Shown here piece by piece: positions 34,917 to 47,264 of a DNA stretch of 64,000 nucleotides. The notes beneath the pieces were generated by a model. That model was not told the origin of the DNA and did no database searches. It saw nothing but the letters and a program-made list of their open reading frames with translations. The position numbers were made by a program, and so were the translations under genes. Each line of letters opens with the position of its first letter. Position 1 is the first letter of the stretch. The stretch is from the NCBI RefSeq assembly GCF_021869535.1, contig NW_026262582.1, positions 71,858,001 to 71,922,000 of the forward strand, written 5' to 3'. The stretch is from Mytilus californianus. Its lineage: Eukaryota.

Positions 34917-37900
34917 CTGATATTTATTAAAAAAAAATGAAATACTAGTAATAGTAAGGAAACACAATTTGTCAGAGAATAACAAACACGCCCATCATTA
35001 AAGAAAAAAGATGAACATGCAATCATCAGCAGACACAATCATGTTCACCTAAATATAAAGCAGCAAATAAGGGAAAGGAGAAAAATGAACAGAAAGTTAA
35101 AAATAGTTCATACAAGGGAAATGAACAATCAAACAAATACAATGGAAATAATATATCACCAGTACGTGAGATCACTGTCAATGAAGAAATAAAGAGAAGA
35201 ATATAAAGAAAGTGTTTGTTCAGTCGTTGGTTTGAGCAGTCCTACAGTTGCAATGTTCAGTGCCAAGTTAGGAGTATGGAAGTTGTTATCAATAGTGCGT
35301 TTCTATGTATGTTGGCGTTTGTGTTTGTTGGACTTCAGTGTTCCTGTTGTTGCTTTGTTTTCCTCTTAAAGTTGATGTGTTTCCCGTGGTTAAAGTTACT
35401 TTTTTTAATGGATTTATGACTTTTGAACACCGGTTTATCCTGCTGCATCTATTTGCAAAAAGGGAATTCAACAAGCGGACGAAAAGCAATGCTGACGAAG
35501 GTCAAAACTTTGAAGCTGATTTATTTGTTTTCTCATTCCATATCTTCAAAAGGAAAATATCAATATCATAGACTAATGGCAAAACGGAGAATTTCTTTCC
35601 ACCGTGTGCGTAAACATCCAAATGTTCAACGGGTAATATTCGAACATTTGAAAGGGTAGGCACAACACATTAACGCTTTAGCGTCTGAAAAACTGAACAT
35701 AGAGCAGGAGGCTGTAGCCACACATTAAAATTATAAGCTACAGTATGATAAGAATAATGTATATCTAGTACAGTTATACAGTAGGCATGACATAAGAACA
35801 TACGGAACATGGAAAAAGGCAGATGTTTGGTTCGATATTTATCCACCAGTAACATACTACCACAAAATTCTTTCGTACAGAATGTTATGATCAGATTTTT
35901 TATTCTCCATAGTTCTGATCTAACATTGATGTTTCAGTTTTCTTGGTATAGTGTGCCTATTTCTAGTAATCTCTATACTTGTCAAAGTCCTATGGTTCTT
36001 ACGTTTCTTGTCTGTAAGTGTCAACATTTTAAATTTCCTTTGTGCATTCTTAGAAAATAATGGGGTCACTTCTAAATAAAATACAGATTTCGTCAGATAA
36101 TTTTCTAAACGCATGATTAGCGTCAAAAGTTGTATGGTGAACACATCAATGACATTTTGTTTATAATTTAATACTGCTTTGAAAACACTGCATCCATGGT
36201 TCGATGGACAGCACATTAATGATATCATCAAGTGGTTATAATTATGATGGAATCTGTAGTATAATTTGAAAGATTATTTGGAAACTAGATCAAAAGCCTT
36301 TTTCATGTTTCCATCATTTGGTCTATCACATGTTCAACACTAAAGGATAGTTGGTCTACACGGCTTTGTAAATAGTTGGTTTGGATATCGAGCTTGATAT
36401 GGTATTTATTCTTCACAAGAGAGTTCCACTGCTCAAGATAATACATATGCACAAAGATCATTCCGTCTATATCAACTAACATCGTTGAACACTTTAGACA
36501 TCTGATGAACACGTATTATTGGCGTTTAGTAAACAGTGACTGTCAGTATCAAAGGAGATAGTTTTACAAACTGCAAAAGGTTGAAATAAGAAACAAGGTA
36601 TTTTAATAGTTTACGCCGATTGGTGTATTATAATCTAAACAAAACTTCATCATTAAATTTCAACGTTATTTTTATATCTTGAATGACATACTCAATAGAC
36701 ATTATCAGAAGTAGCGGAAGCCTTCTATGTTGAAATATGAATACATGCGAAATATCCTTTGCTCATTACGTCTCCCATAGAGACTCAACGTAATGAGAGT
36801 TAATAAAAGTTTATCACAGTTTACATCAGAACCCAGTTTACATACCAAATAATTATTTGTTTGCGTACTATTCGAGAAACCAATCACAAAACATTTATTC
36901 ATGGTTTGATTCTGTAATTCTGTCATTGTCTTTGTCTTTGTTATCGATTGATATATGGTAATCATATCGTGACGTTTAGACAAACAATCGTCGCAAAGCA
37001 TCTTGAACTCTTCCTTTTTCTGATAACACATTGATTGCGATGGATCCGGTCGGTTCATACGTCTTATCGATGAGCGAGGTTGGCGTTTACTTTGCAGATA
37101 GTTCACACACTCCTAAATTCAATCGTAGTTTTGAACATCGATAAAATCGTATTCATTAATGTTCTTTGTTCCCAAAGGTTAGCAGAATAGAATGAGATGC
37201 TTCGAATTGGAACTGATCTTGCGCGTTGGTGTCTTGTCGATTATTGAGTACGAAAGGTTGAACTCCCTGAAGCAAATTATAAACAATGGAAGGAAACATA
37301 TCAGAACATTTGTGTTTGCTGATGTAAAAAATCTGCCCTTCGCATTTTAAAATACCTATTGATTGAGAATCAATTTTGAAAGACAGATTCTATTGCATTT
37401 TTGTTAACCAGATCGATACAAAATCTTCTGAGAAGTACTTTTACTCATGGGTGTCAATTTTCGTGGTGTGAGCAAAAGTAATATGTTCGTGGGTTCTTAA
37501 ATTCGTGAAGTTTATTTTTTAGTTTTTTCTGCAAAAAAATAGACTGAAGAACTCGAACCCATCAAAGATTTGTGAAAATAATCAATTGCTGTTTTCTATT
37601 GATTTTCGGGATATTGAAAAATAAGGTTTTTCTTTCAAGTACTTGTTCGTTTTTTATCATTACTGACAACATTCATCACATTTTCAACGAAATGATTGCC
37701 TTCGGTAATACGCTGAATTATCTATGCTTACAAACTTTATTGATTGAAAAAATAATTGCAAAGATAACATTATTAACTGTAATATTAACAAAAATAAAAG
37801 AGAATTTTTTCTAAAATATTATATATAAAAATATGTCAATTCTAATACACTTAACTAAATCCATCAACACCAAATGATATAAAAACAGTTGTTTCTTTTA

Positions 37901-38229
37901 TTAAAGAGTCATTAGAACTGAGGAAAGGAGACCAATAACTGTTTTTAACATGTATTCTATTAATGTCCAGTTTTTCTGATGTTTGTTTTGTCTATGTATT
38001 TGCTATGACCAAAATTGGTTTTTGTTTGTTTCGCAAATAAAGAATTTACTATTTCCACACTGACGTAGAAGTTAAAAATTTAAGGTCATCGTACGGCCGG
38101 CAACAATGAGCAAAACCAACGCGTTATAATAAGCTATAGAATGAAATGATAAATGTAACACAATTAAACGAGAAAACATGAAAAACCAAGCTCCTGATGT
38201 ATGTACAACAGTAAACGAAAACAAAAATA

Positions 38230-38431
38230 CTGTGGATTCATTATTATTCGTGGGATATCAATTTTCGTGGATTTTGTTGGTATAGGTGAATCACGAATTT
38301 CAATATTCGACAAAGTACACATTTTCTTTAGGCCTGTATGCAAAGTTTGGCAAATAACGAAATCAAATATTAACGAAAATACAATTTGTCTCAATCCAAG
38401 AAAATTGGTACCCAAATAAATGAATTCACAG
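38230..38431. mobile_element. Tc1/mariner-type MITE (TA TSD) nested in a repeat tail
   Basis: TA|CTGTGGATTCATT...AATGAATTCACAG|TA; it splits the AAACGAAAA...CATCAACAAACGACAACCACTGAA repeat. Confidence 0.75.
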
Positions 38432-40287
38432 TACATCAACAAACGACAACCACTGAATTACAGATTCCGATCTTTTAGTAAAATAGAAAGTTAGAATTGA
38501 AAAAATGCTATAAATATTGTCGTTTGTCAAAACTTCATATAATTCCATAAAGACTTGACAAAATTATTCATGTCTAAAGAAACTTAAACAACAGATTGAA
38601 CCTAAATGTTAACGATATCTCCACAAACTATATACGACGTATTAACAAATGCGACACCTTTATTTAACTTAAACTAAAGTTTAAGGAATACTTTGGGATC
38701 GTGTGAGGACCAAAATATCAGTTCTATGAAAGTAAATACTGCGAATTTATTTATGGTCTATTATTAATACGGCCTATTGATATCCATCTTTTATTTTGTT
38801 ACATTGCGCTCTCTGATATACATTTTTACCTGGCACTATCTTGAACTGCAACTATTTAAAATATATGTTGCACAGATGAAGACGGATAGGTTCCAACTGT
38901 CGTCATTAACATCCCTTCCTCTTTTCCTCGTAATTGACGTACCGAATTAGACTTTTCACTGAATTTTAACTGACATGAACAACACGACGAGTGTCACGCG
39001 TGAGGTATGATCAGCTAATCTTCCCAGGGCATCCAAGATCCCTGCAGGTTTTTAGAGAGGTTTGAATTGCTCAGTCGTACCGGTCTTTTTATTTTAGCAA
39101 ATATCAAATGATTATACAAAACAAACATAGGTTAGGGGAGGGTTCAGCGCTCCCATACATATTTGACCCCGCCACATTCTTTATATGCATTTCGAAAGCC
39201 AGGAGCTTTTAGGTCAGAAATTGTCATTTGTTCATGTCTGTTATATCTTTTTTTCGGAAATTATTTTGTTATAAATTAGGCTTAAATTGTTTCATATTTT
39301 CGTGTCGGGTTCTTTAATAGCCAACTCTACAGTATGTTGAAGGTAAATGGTTGCCTAAAGCTGCTTACATCAACTTAATTTGTACTTTGTTGTATATTTT
39401 TTCTCATTGGTAACTTATACCGCATCTATTTTTATTAAGATCTATATTGTGTTATTGTATACTGTAAATTTGTTTTGTCTTTTTTGTCGTTTTCCGTTGT
39501 TTTTTTTTTTACATTGCATCGCCTTTTTTTCTTTTTTGGACTTATGAGAATAAATTTTCACTTTGTATATTGCATCTCTCGTTTGTAATAAACTGGAATA
39601 AGTTTATTGCTATATGGTCGGGTTGTTGTCTCTTTGACAATTTCCAAATTTTTATTCTCAATTTCATATAAATGATGGTATTAACAAATTTTGAAAAAAA
39701 AGTAACGGACGGAACCGTTTGTCAGAGGACCTTCATTGTACGTTGGAAAATTTTAATTTTTTAATGTACTTTTTTCTTTCGTTTCACTGCAGGTCCCCCA
39801 TAATGAAGCTATGTCCCTCGATCCGCTTTTTGAAAATCCGAGTGAAAGCTCTTGATACACGATAGACAACACAGTAACTGTCTGTGTGTTGTATATTCTA
39901 TTTTTGATATGTAATTTGAAATGTTTTCCGTCGTACATGTTTCATTGAGACTACTTTACAAGTATATCTATTTGAGATTCTCACCGAATTATATCAATAT
40001 AACGGAACTATAATCAACTAGAATACAAGTGGGAGGTTTATTTAGCTAAACAACCAGGTTTAACCCAGTAATTTTTTCGGAAAATGTCTGTACCAAGTCT
40101 TGAATATTTGCAGTTGTTCTTCATTTGTTCTGTTAATTTTGTCAGTTTTCTCCTTTTTTAATTTGCCTTGGCGGTCGATATTTTTTAAATAGTTTTTATT
40201 TTATTCTCACAATTACAGTAAACATAAATATTCATTTCGTTTTATAAAAAATGTCAGCAAAAACACACAAACAAAACATTTTCTTAC

Positions 40288-40931
40288 CTCAGACGATGAA
40301 ATCTGAATGTACTGGTATGGTTGATGTCCACATACAACTGCGCCTTTCGCCACTGCTATATCAGGTTCTTCCGGTATACTGATGTTTTTATTCGAGAACC
40401 TTTCTCTCACAGCATCTTGAACTACAATACATTGGGAGAAACCGCCAACCATGATGACATCCGTTATTTTATATGAATCTTTATAATCCTCAAACACGTT
40501 TTCCATCAGGTAAATGATCTTGTCAGTTGTTGGCTTGAATAAGTTGTGGAGTATATCAGAAGAAATTTGTATTCTACGTCCGTTAAACTTAATGGCATCG
40601 TCGTATATAGAACTATTAGTTACATCATATACATCCTTATTGTGGTATTCTTGGCATAAACTATCGAGTTCATTGATTGGAATTCGTATAAATTTAGCAT
40701 GTTTTCCATTAACTTTCCGTTTTATGGTTTCGATTTCGCTTTCAAGACCAAAATGGCCAGATGGGACTTCCATTCTTAGTGATGTCATCACTTGTGAACC
40801 AAATATGTTAACTAACAATTCTATAAAGCTGTTATTAACTGATGTGCCACCGCAATCATTGCCGGTGGTCCGATATTTTTCTACTAATTGATTACCATCT
40901 TTCTTGAGGACTGTTATGTTAGAACCACAAC
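40288..40931 (-). CDS. HSPA12: HSPA12-like copy 2, exon equivalent to copy 1 exon 4
   Basis: catgatattag|GT TGT GGT TCT; NDCGGTSVN, FKPTTDKI, VIMVGGFSQ, EEPDIAVAKGAVVCGHQP; ends SSSE|gtaaga; 644 nt, phase 1 to 0. Confidence 0.88.
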
Positions 40932-41580
40932 CTAATATCATGAAATAGTATTTGAATAAACAAAAAATCATCAGTAGGCCATACATTCAATATGATATCA
41001 GCAGTTGCATTTAATTCAACAGTTATGCACTAATTTATCGTTTTTTTTATTATTTGTTTAGCAACGAATATTTTTTTTAAACATTCGTCATTATACATAG
41101 TTGGACCTCTGTTTGTTGAAATGTTTTGTATGTGTTTCTTAGTGAATTGCTGAGTATTTATTAACAGACATTTTTTATAACACACACCAACAAACAAATG
41201 GATCTCATATTATTTTCACTTATATATAAGAAATTTTTGGTTTCACAGTTATGCGACAGCAACTTTAATAAAAAAAAATATCCAAACCCAATCCGAATGA
41301 CAAATATGGTTTTCTTCAATTGAGGTTTGAGCTCATAACGAATTAACTATAATCGGAAAGAAAACAAACAAAATTGTGGATCAAACACACGATTCATCGT
41401 AGTCGAATAAACACTGTACTACAGTTAACTAAAATATGAATCGCATTATTATAAATTAAATTATGCAAATGTCTATTTTACAAAATGAACACAAGACTCC
41501 GAATCACTAGTTGAAAAAAAACCCACATAAATATCAAAACTCGTGAGTGTAGATAAATGTCATATTGAACCTCAAAGTAC

Positions 41581-41718
41581 CTCCAAGATGAAGAACCATA
41601 TATTCAGTGCCGTCTTTTAGTTTTTGGTAGTGGTCTTGATCTGGTAAATGATGACAATACGTGAATGCGGCTTCCGCTTCTGTCAAAAACATTACCTGAT
41701 CAGAGGGTATTCCTGCCT
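41581..41718 (-). CDS. HSPA12: HSPA12-like copy 2, exon equivalent to copy 1 exon 3 (not in ORF track)
   Basis: tttatttctttag|GCA GGA ATA CCC; AGIPSDQVMFLTEAEAAFTYCHHLPDQDHYQKLKDGTEYMVLHLG G|gtactt. Boundaries are accurate to about 2 nt. Confidence 0.85.
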
Positions 41719-42401
41719 AAAGAAATAAAAAAAATATAACCTCGACAAAAAATTATATTTAACGCAAGAAAGTGCTTATTTCATTCGTTGACCTATGCTA
41801 TTGTATGCATAACTTCTTTGAATGCACATATTAATTTTGTTTTCCTTTTACTCTAATGTTATAATGACTCTCAATAACAATTGAATTATATTATTGATGA
41901 GTTTTTAAAGACACCAGAAAACGTCCGTTGAATCAATGAAAGTTGCATGGACTGGGTTGCTCAAAACTATGGCTAAATTTAGCCATTGGTTAGCTTATCC
42001 AATGGATAATTATCTTATCAAGTGGTCTACTATCCGTTGGCTATTTTTCAATTGCTCGAAAACAAAATTGAAGTATGGTTAGTTAGCCACTGGTTATAGT
42101 CGCTTAACCAGTGGTTAAAAGCTATTTTCTACTCATTCCAAGTAAATAGTTCCCAAGTTATCTGCACAAATCAGAAAAAAAAACTTGTAAATATTACATT
42201 TAACCGGTCCGTGTAGCTAAAGAATTCATCTGCGAGTGTTCCTAACCTTAGGTACAAGAGGAGATTTTATTTAATGTAAACATATGCTGAATACACTATG
42301 AAGTGTATTATGGCTATAGATATATTTTACTAAAGAAAATCTAATCTTGTATCTTTGATCGTAACCGGTAACGTGAACTTTCAAAGAAAAAAGGGTGTTC
42401 T

Positions 42402-42920
42402 TAGTCCAAATAATTATGACGTCTTGAAAGGCTATTATATTTTTTTTCTTTGACGCCTTACATCAACGTCATAACGCCGAACTCATATTTTCAGTTGGAC
42501 TTTGAGAGGGAATTTACTGCTTTATTAAAACGTTTACCTGATTTTTCCTCAAGATGCTTCATTTTAGGAGTATAAAATATATTTTTGAACCAAAGTCGGT
42601 AAAAATTGACAGACCTGAATTTCTGGATAATATAAAACTAAGGTTCCGAAAATTCGGGTATGTCAAAATAGGATAGAATTGTATCTTTTTTCATTATTAC
42701 TGTAGGGATTTATTGGAAATATTTTGCACAAACAAACACATAAAAGGTAAGAATTTTTATATATGCAAAATTTTATGGCTAAATTGGGTCTCAAAGTTGA
42801 GAACAAAATATGCTCTCAAAGTCCAACCGAAAATGGTGGCTTCAGCATTATGACGTCGCAGGAGGACGTCAAAGCAAAAATTTAAAATAGCCTTCCAAGA
42901 CGTCATAATTATTTGGACTA
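42402..42920. mobile_element. Mutator-like MITE (long TIRs, 9-bp TSD)
   Basis: TIR TAGTCCAAATAATTATGACGTCTTG(A/G)AAGGCTAT (34 bp, 1 mismatch) extends imperfectly to ~110 bp. Flanks GGGTGTTCT (42393-42401) and GGGTGCTCT (42921-42929). Confidence 0.8.
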
Positions 42921-43530
42921 GGGTGCTCTCTAACATGACTGCGTTAATGTCTAAAAAAAGAATCTTTCTAAACCCGGAAGAAAATTATCATCACAGATAA
43001 TTTCAGCTCAGTATGAAATCGAGGGGGGGGGGGGATATAATAAAAAACTGGATCTGTTTTGAATATTGTTCAAGAATTACAAAATTATTAAAAAAAACGA
43101 CATTCAAAGAAAGTAATGTAAAAAAGGGGGCTTCCGGCAAGATAAAGTTAATTCATCAGTAGTGGGACATGAAACTAGCACACACAAAGGTATTTAATAT
43201 GTGGTTATGTTCCGGACTCTATGAGTACTAGGACTAAGGAGCCTATATTCGTTTGGTTATTTTAAACACTCTGAATATATGAGGATTTTGACCAAATAGG
43301 TATTATGAAAAAAATTCGAATTTTCTTCGCAGGAACACACTACTTGTTCTCCGAGCCAAAATTTGCACAAGTTTACTGACCAAAATCCTTTATATTTACC
43401 GTATTGTCGGAATCTTAATTCATCTTTCGTTAATAGGATTTGGGGAATTGTTTATTTTTAGCAGTTACCCCCGGTTTATAGATGAGCTCGAGGAAAAATA
43501 ATCCTCTAATGTTTATTAATTTTTGAAAAT

Positions 43531-44755
43531 AAACAAGAGGCTCTCAAGAGCGTGAATCGCTAACCTGTTATTTTTTTGCTTGAATCTTTCATCAATGATT
43601 TTTTTTTGCTTTTCAATATATATTAATGAGTGGCTTAAAAATGCCATTGAAATGCTCATTATATCTGTCATATTTTCTTCAAAAGCAAATAAATGCATTT
43701 TATCCATATGTTCCATTTTAGCCATAGTGTCTATGTTTCTTGATGTACTAGGAAATAAAATACAAAAATTTATACTAGATTCATTTGAGAAGATTTTTAA
43801 AGTCAAAAAACATAAACAACTTGTGTAAAATTGTCCTTAAAGGGCAATAACTCCTTAAGGGGTCAATTGACAATTTTGGTCATAAAAACTTTTTTTGTAG
43901 ATCTTACTTCGCTGAACATTTTTCTGTTTACAGTTTATCTTTTTCTTCAATAATATTCAAGATAATAACCAATAAATTGCTTCGCTGAGCGCAGCTGGAT
44001 ACGACCACAGAGGTCCAACCCTGAACAGTTGGGGCAAATATGGACACAATATTAGCACTTGATACAGGACTGAATTTGGATTCTAATTCAATATTTGACA
44101 CATAATAGGTTTCTGAAACAGAAAAACTGTACTCAAAGAACAAAGAATTTGTTATATGATTTCAATTTATATTCAATTTTTTTGCTTTTGTGCAATACAC
44201 TATGCTGTTGCTAATTGACCTCTCCCCCTTTTTTTTTGCAAAAAAAAATAATTTTTGAAGAAATTTTCTTTTTAGTTTCTGAAATCTGAAATCAGAAAAA
44301 ATTGTCCCCCCCAAGTTTTGTTTCACCTCCCCCTTTTCCCTTTTTCCCAAAAAAAATCTTTTCCTCAAGATATGGTCATAATCTCAGTTCAAATTTCTAA
44401 TGGAGTTTGCAACCATAATTACCCATTTAAATACATTGTGGTATAATTTCAGAGAGATTCATACACTTAAACGCAAGTTATTGTCTGGAAACTACAAAAA
44501 TGCTTATTTGGGACCCTTTTTGGCCCCTAATTCCTAAACTCTCAAAATCAATCCCAACCTTTCTTTTAAGGTTATGAACCTTGTGTATAAATTTCATGGA
44601 TTTCTATTTACTTATACTAAAGTTATTGTTATTTTGAAATAGTTTACGATGACAGACGACGACGACAAACGACGACAGACGACGGACGACGACGGACGCC
44701 AAGTGATGGCATAGGCTCACATGGGGCCCTTTGGGCCCCGATGAGCTAAAAAGAG
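43531..44755 (+). mobile_element. HINE/pearl-like non-autonomous Helentron-type element (composite)
   Basis: Starts AAACAAGAGGCTCTCAAGAGC. The 3' end has a (GAC/GACA)n microsatellite, then the hairpin GCTCACATGGGGCCC-TTT-GGGCCCCGATGAGC, then an A-tract. Confidence 0.7.
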
Positions 44756-45134
44756 TAACAGCATGGAGTAACTGTGGTTAAATAAATATAAGATCGTAAA
44801 GCACAACTGCCTTGATTTCACTTAATATTGAATTCACCGAAAGTATTTTTTTGCAAAAACTAAAGGTGGAATTGCAAATCAAAAATTCTTCTCAACGTGT
44901 CAGTATAGAACAAAGCAGGGTTAATATTCATATTACATTAATAACATGTTCTCGTCCTGAATATGCAAATTGATTTGCCTCTGGACTTTAAGCAGCCATC
45001 CATCCATCATCATTATCATGATAATGTGTGTATGGTCCAAATACTTCAGAACAGTTATATAAGGAACAAACTGGGTCGGGTATTTAGTATTGTTTAAGAA
45101 TGACGAAATCAATTTAAAAAACTATGGGTTCAAA

Positions 45135-46020
45135 ATAGCATGTGTCGCTCATCTTGGTCTACGGGCATATCAAATATTAAGCACACTCTCCAACATTGTA
45201 GACGAAAATAGAATGAATGAATGAATGACAAAAATCTGTATTTGTTGATCTTATATTACTGATCTTTTAGTCTGTTTAGTTTCTTTGACTTATTAATTAT
45301 AGATCTTGCCTTGCTGGTCATTTTTGTGATTTAAAGTATTTATTTTTCTATTATAATTTAAATCATATGAATACGACTGTTTCTCTCTAAATATCTAAGT
45401 TTTCATGATAATAGGCAAAACTGGGGAAAAAAAACGTAAAATTTGTCATTTATGGGCCATAACTTCTATAAGAATTTGTCTAACAGGTTTGACAAATAAG
45501 GACAATTGGAAGAGCACATTATTCTGAACATACTTATTGCTTTCAGATTTTCTCTATTTATAACGGTTCAATAAAATAAATTAATAGACAAAATGAAAAC
45601 TTGCATTTTACCCCTATGTTCTATTGTTAGCCATGCCAGCCATGTTGAGAAAAATAAACAGCTGCGCCATGAGCCCATGATACGCCCGTCACGTTTCAAT
45701 AACTTCTCAATGTCATATCAGATATTTATAAAAATCAAAAGGGAGGTTATATTAATAGATATAAATCAGCCACCTAAGTTTAACGAAAACTGCCCATAGC
45801 ACTGAAGGGATATTGTCAGAAAACTTGAAAATCCTATCTAGTCACTGTATTAGCTATGATTCATTGTGATATTGGTCAATAAATCCTGATTTGAAATTTA
45901 AGCTAAAAAAGGGGGCCATTTTTTAGCCTTATCGAACCTACTCCTTTACACCTTGATAAAATTTTTATGAGCTTCAAAATACCATATATGGCAGATATAA
46001 AGGTTAACGAGCTATAAACA
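45135..46020 (+). mobile_element. HINE-like fragments (two nested families)
   Basis: Shares the TGTCGCTCA.CTTGGTCTA start with 52015 and the AAACAGCTGCGCCATGAG..CATGATACGCCCG start with 52997. Confidence 0.55.
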
Positions 46021-47264
46021 ATGAAATTATCTGAAATTTCAAAATGATATTAATTTAATAATACTCATTGTATATCAAACGCTATGCCGTTTTTACCAAT
46101 GGCCAAAACTTAACCAGTCAAAAAGTACCGGATAAATTTATCCAGCAGATAGCACGTTTTATCCACTGCATGAAATTTGAGCAATAGAAATTATCCACTG
46201 GTTTAAAGTTAACCAGTGGATAAGCAGTTTAACCACTTGCTAACATTATCAAACGTTTTGAGGAACCCAGTCCTGTTCCGTATATTTAGCCATGGTGTTC
46301 TACTTTTTTTATGGTGACACTATGACCAAATGTAGACTTACATGATGGATTGTTCAAAACACAATTACTCTGTTGATGCATCTTGTGTCTGTCATTATTA
46401 GGTAATACGAGTCGCTCGATTTTTAATTGTTTTATCAGTGTATCCTTTAAATAAGCTTATGACTTTTGAAAATGTGTTGCCTCTTAAACATCACAGCTAT
46501 CACATGAAGTTTGTTTTATGAAAACCCTGCCCCTGCCTTTTTTGAAAAAAAATTATTCTGCATCCAAAGTACTAAGATTCAAACAGAAAAAGAACACACA
46601 ACTATAAACAATATAAAACAAACAACAACGAAAGACAAAATACTAAACACGAGACGTAAACGAAACCCACTCAAAATCATATAAAAGCTAACAACCTTTG
46701 CAAGAAAAAGATCACAGGTGCTTCGGTATTGAATGATTAACACCTGTAAAAACACATTTAAGTGTCAAATATATCCACACAGACATAAAGGCTACTTGAT
46801 CATTAAATAATCACCATTTGCTTATTTATTTTCCTTAGTCTCCAAAGTCACCGTACGGCATTCAACAATGAACAAAGCACATACCGCATATTCAGCTATA
46901 AAAGGCCTCGAAATGTCAAATGAAAAATATTTCAAACTAGAAAACAAACGGCCTAATTAATGTACAAAAAATGAACGAAAATCAAATATGTAGCAAAGCA
47001 ACAAACGGCAACCACTGATGCACAGGCTCCTGACTTGGGACAGACTCATACATACAGAATGTTGCGGGGTTAAACATGTATCGGGATCCCAACCCTTCCC
47101 TAAACTGGGACAGTGGTGTAACAGTACAACACAAGAACAAACAATAAAAATCAGCTGAAAAAGGCTTACCTCATCAGATGGATACAAATAGAAATACATA
47201 TAACAAAAACACGTAGACGTGACCGGGTACTTGTACATCCAAACAACAAAAAAAAAACACTTAT

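Larger units (their letters stand above)
41949..46273. mobile_element. TIR element (GGACTGGGTTsCTCAAAAC) carrying nested insertions
   Basis: 19-bp TIR with 1 mismatch: 41949-41967 versus the reverse complement of 46255-46273. Both ends carry TTATCCA..TGGATAA / TTAACCAGTGGTTAA palindromic subterminal motifs. Confidence 0.7.

Noticed and set aside
23173-34985. Naming the ROCO gene LRRK2, LRRK1 or DAPK1
   Set aside because: No kinase, LRR, ankyrin or WD40 exons are seen; the architecture is ROC-COR-DD-DD, so no orthologous symbol is justified.
35490-35525. ADEGQNFEADLF resembling the retroviral integrase SDQGRNFES motif
   Set aside because: The flanking residues do not match integrase and no other LTR-element features are nearby; probably chance.
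43516-44368. Several 70-100-aa ORFs in the 43-45 kb region (and similar ones at 52-59 kb)
   Set aside because: They fall inside non-coding HINE or MITE sequence, have low-complexity composition and show no protein motifs.
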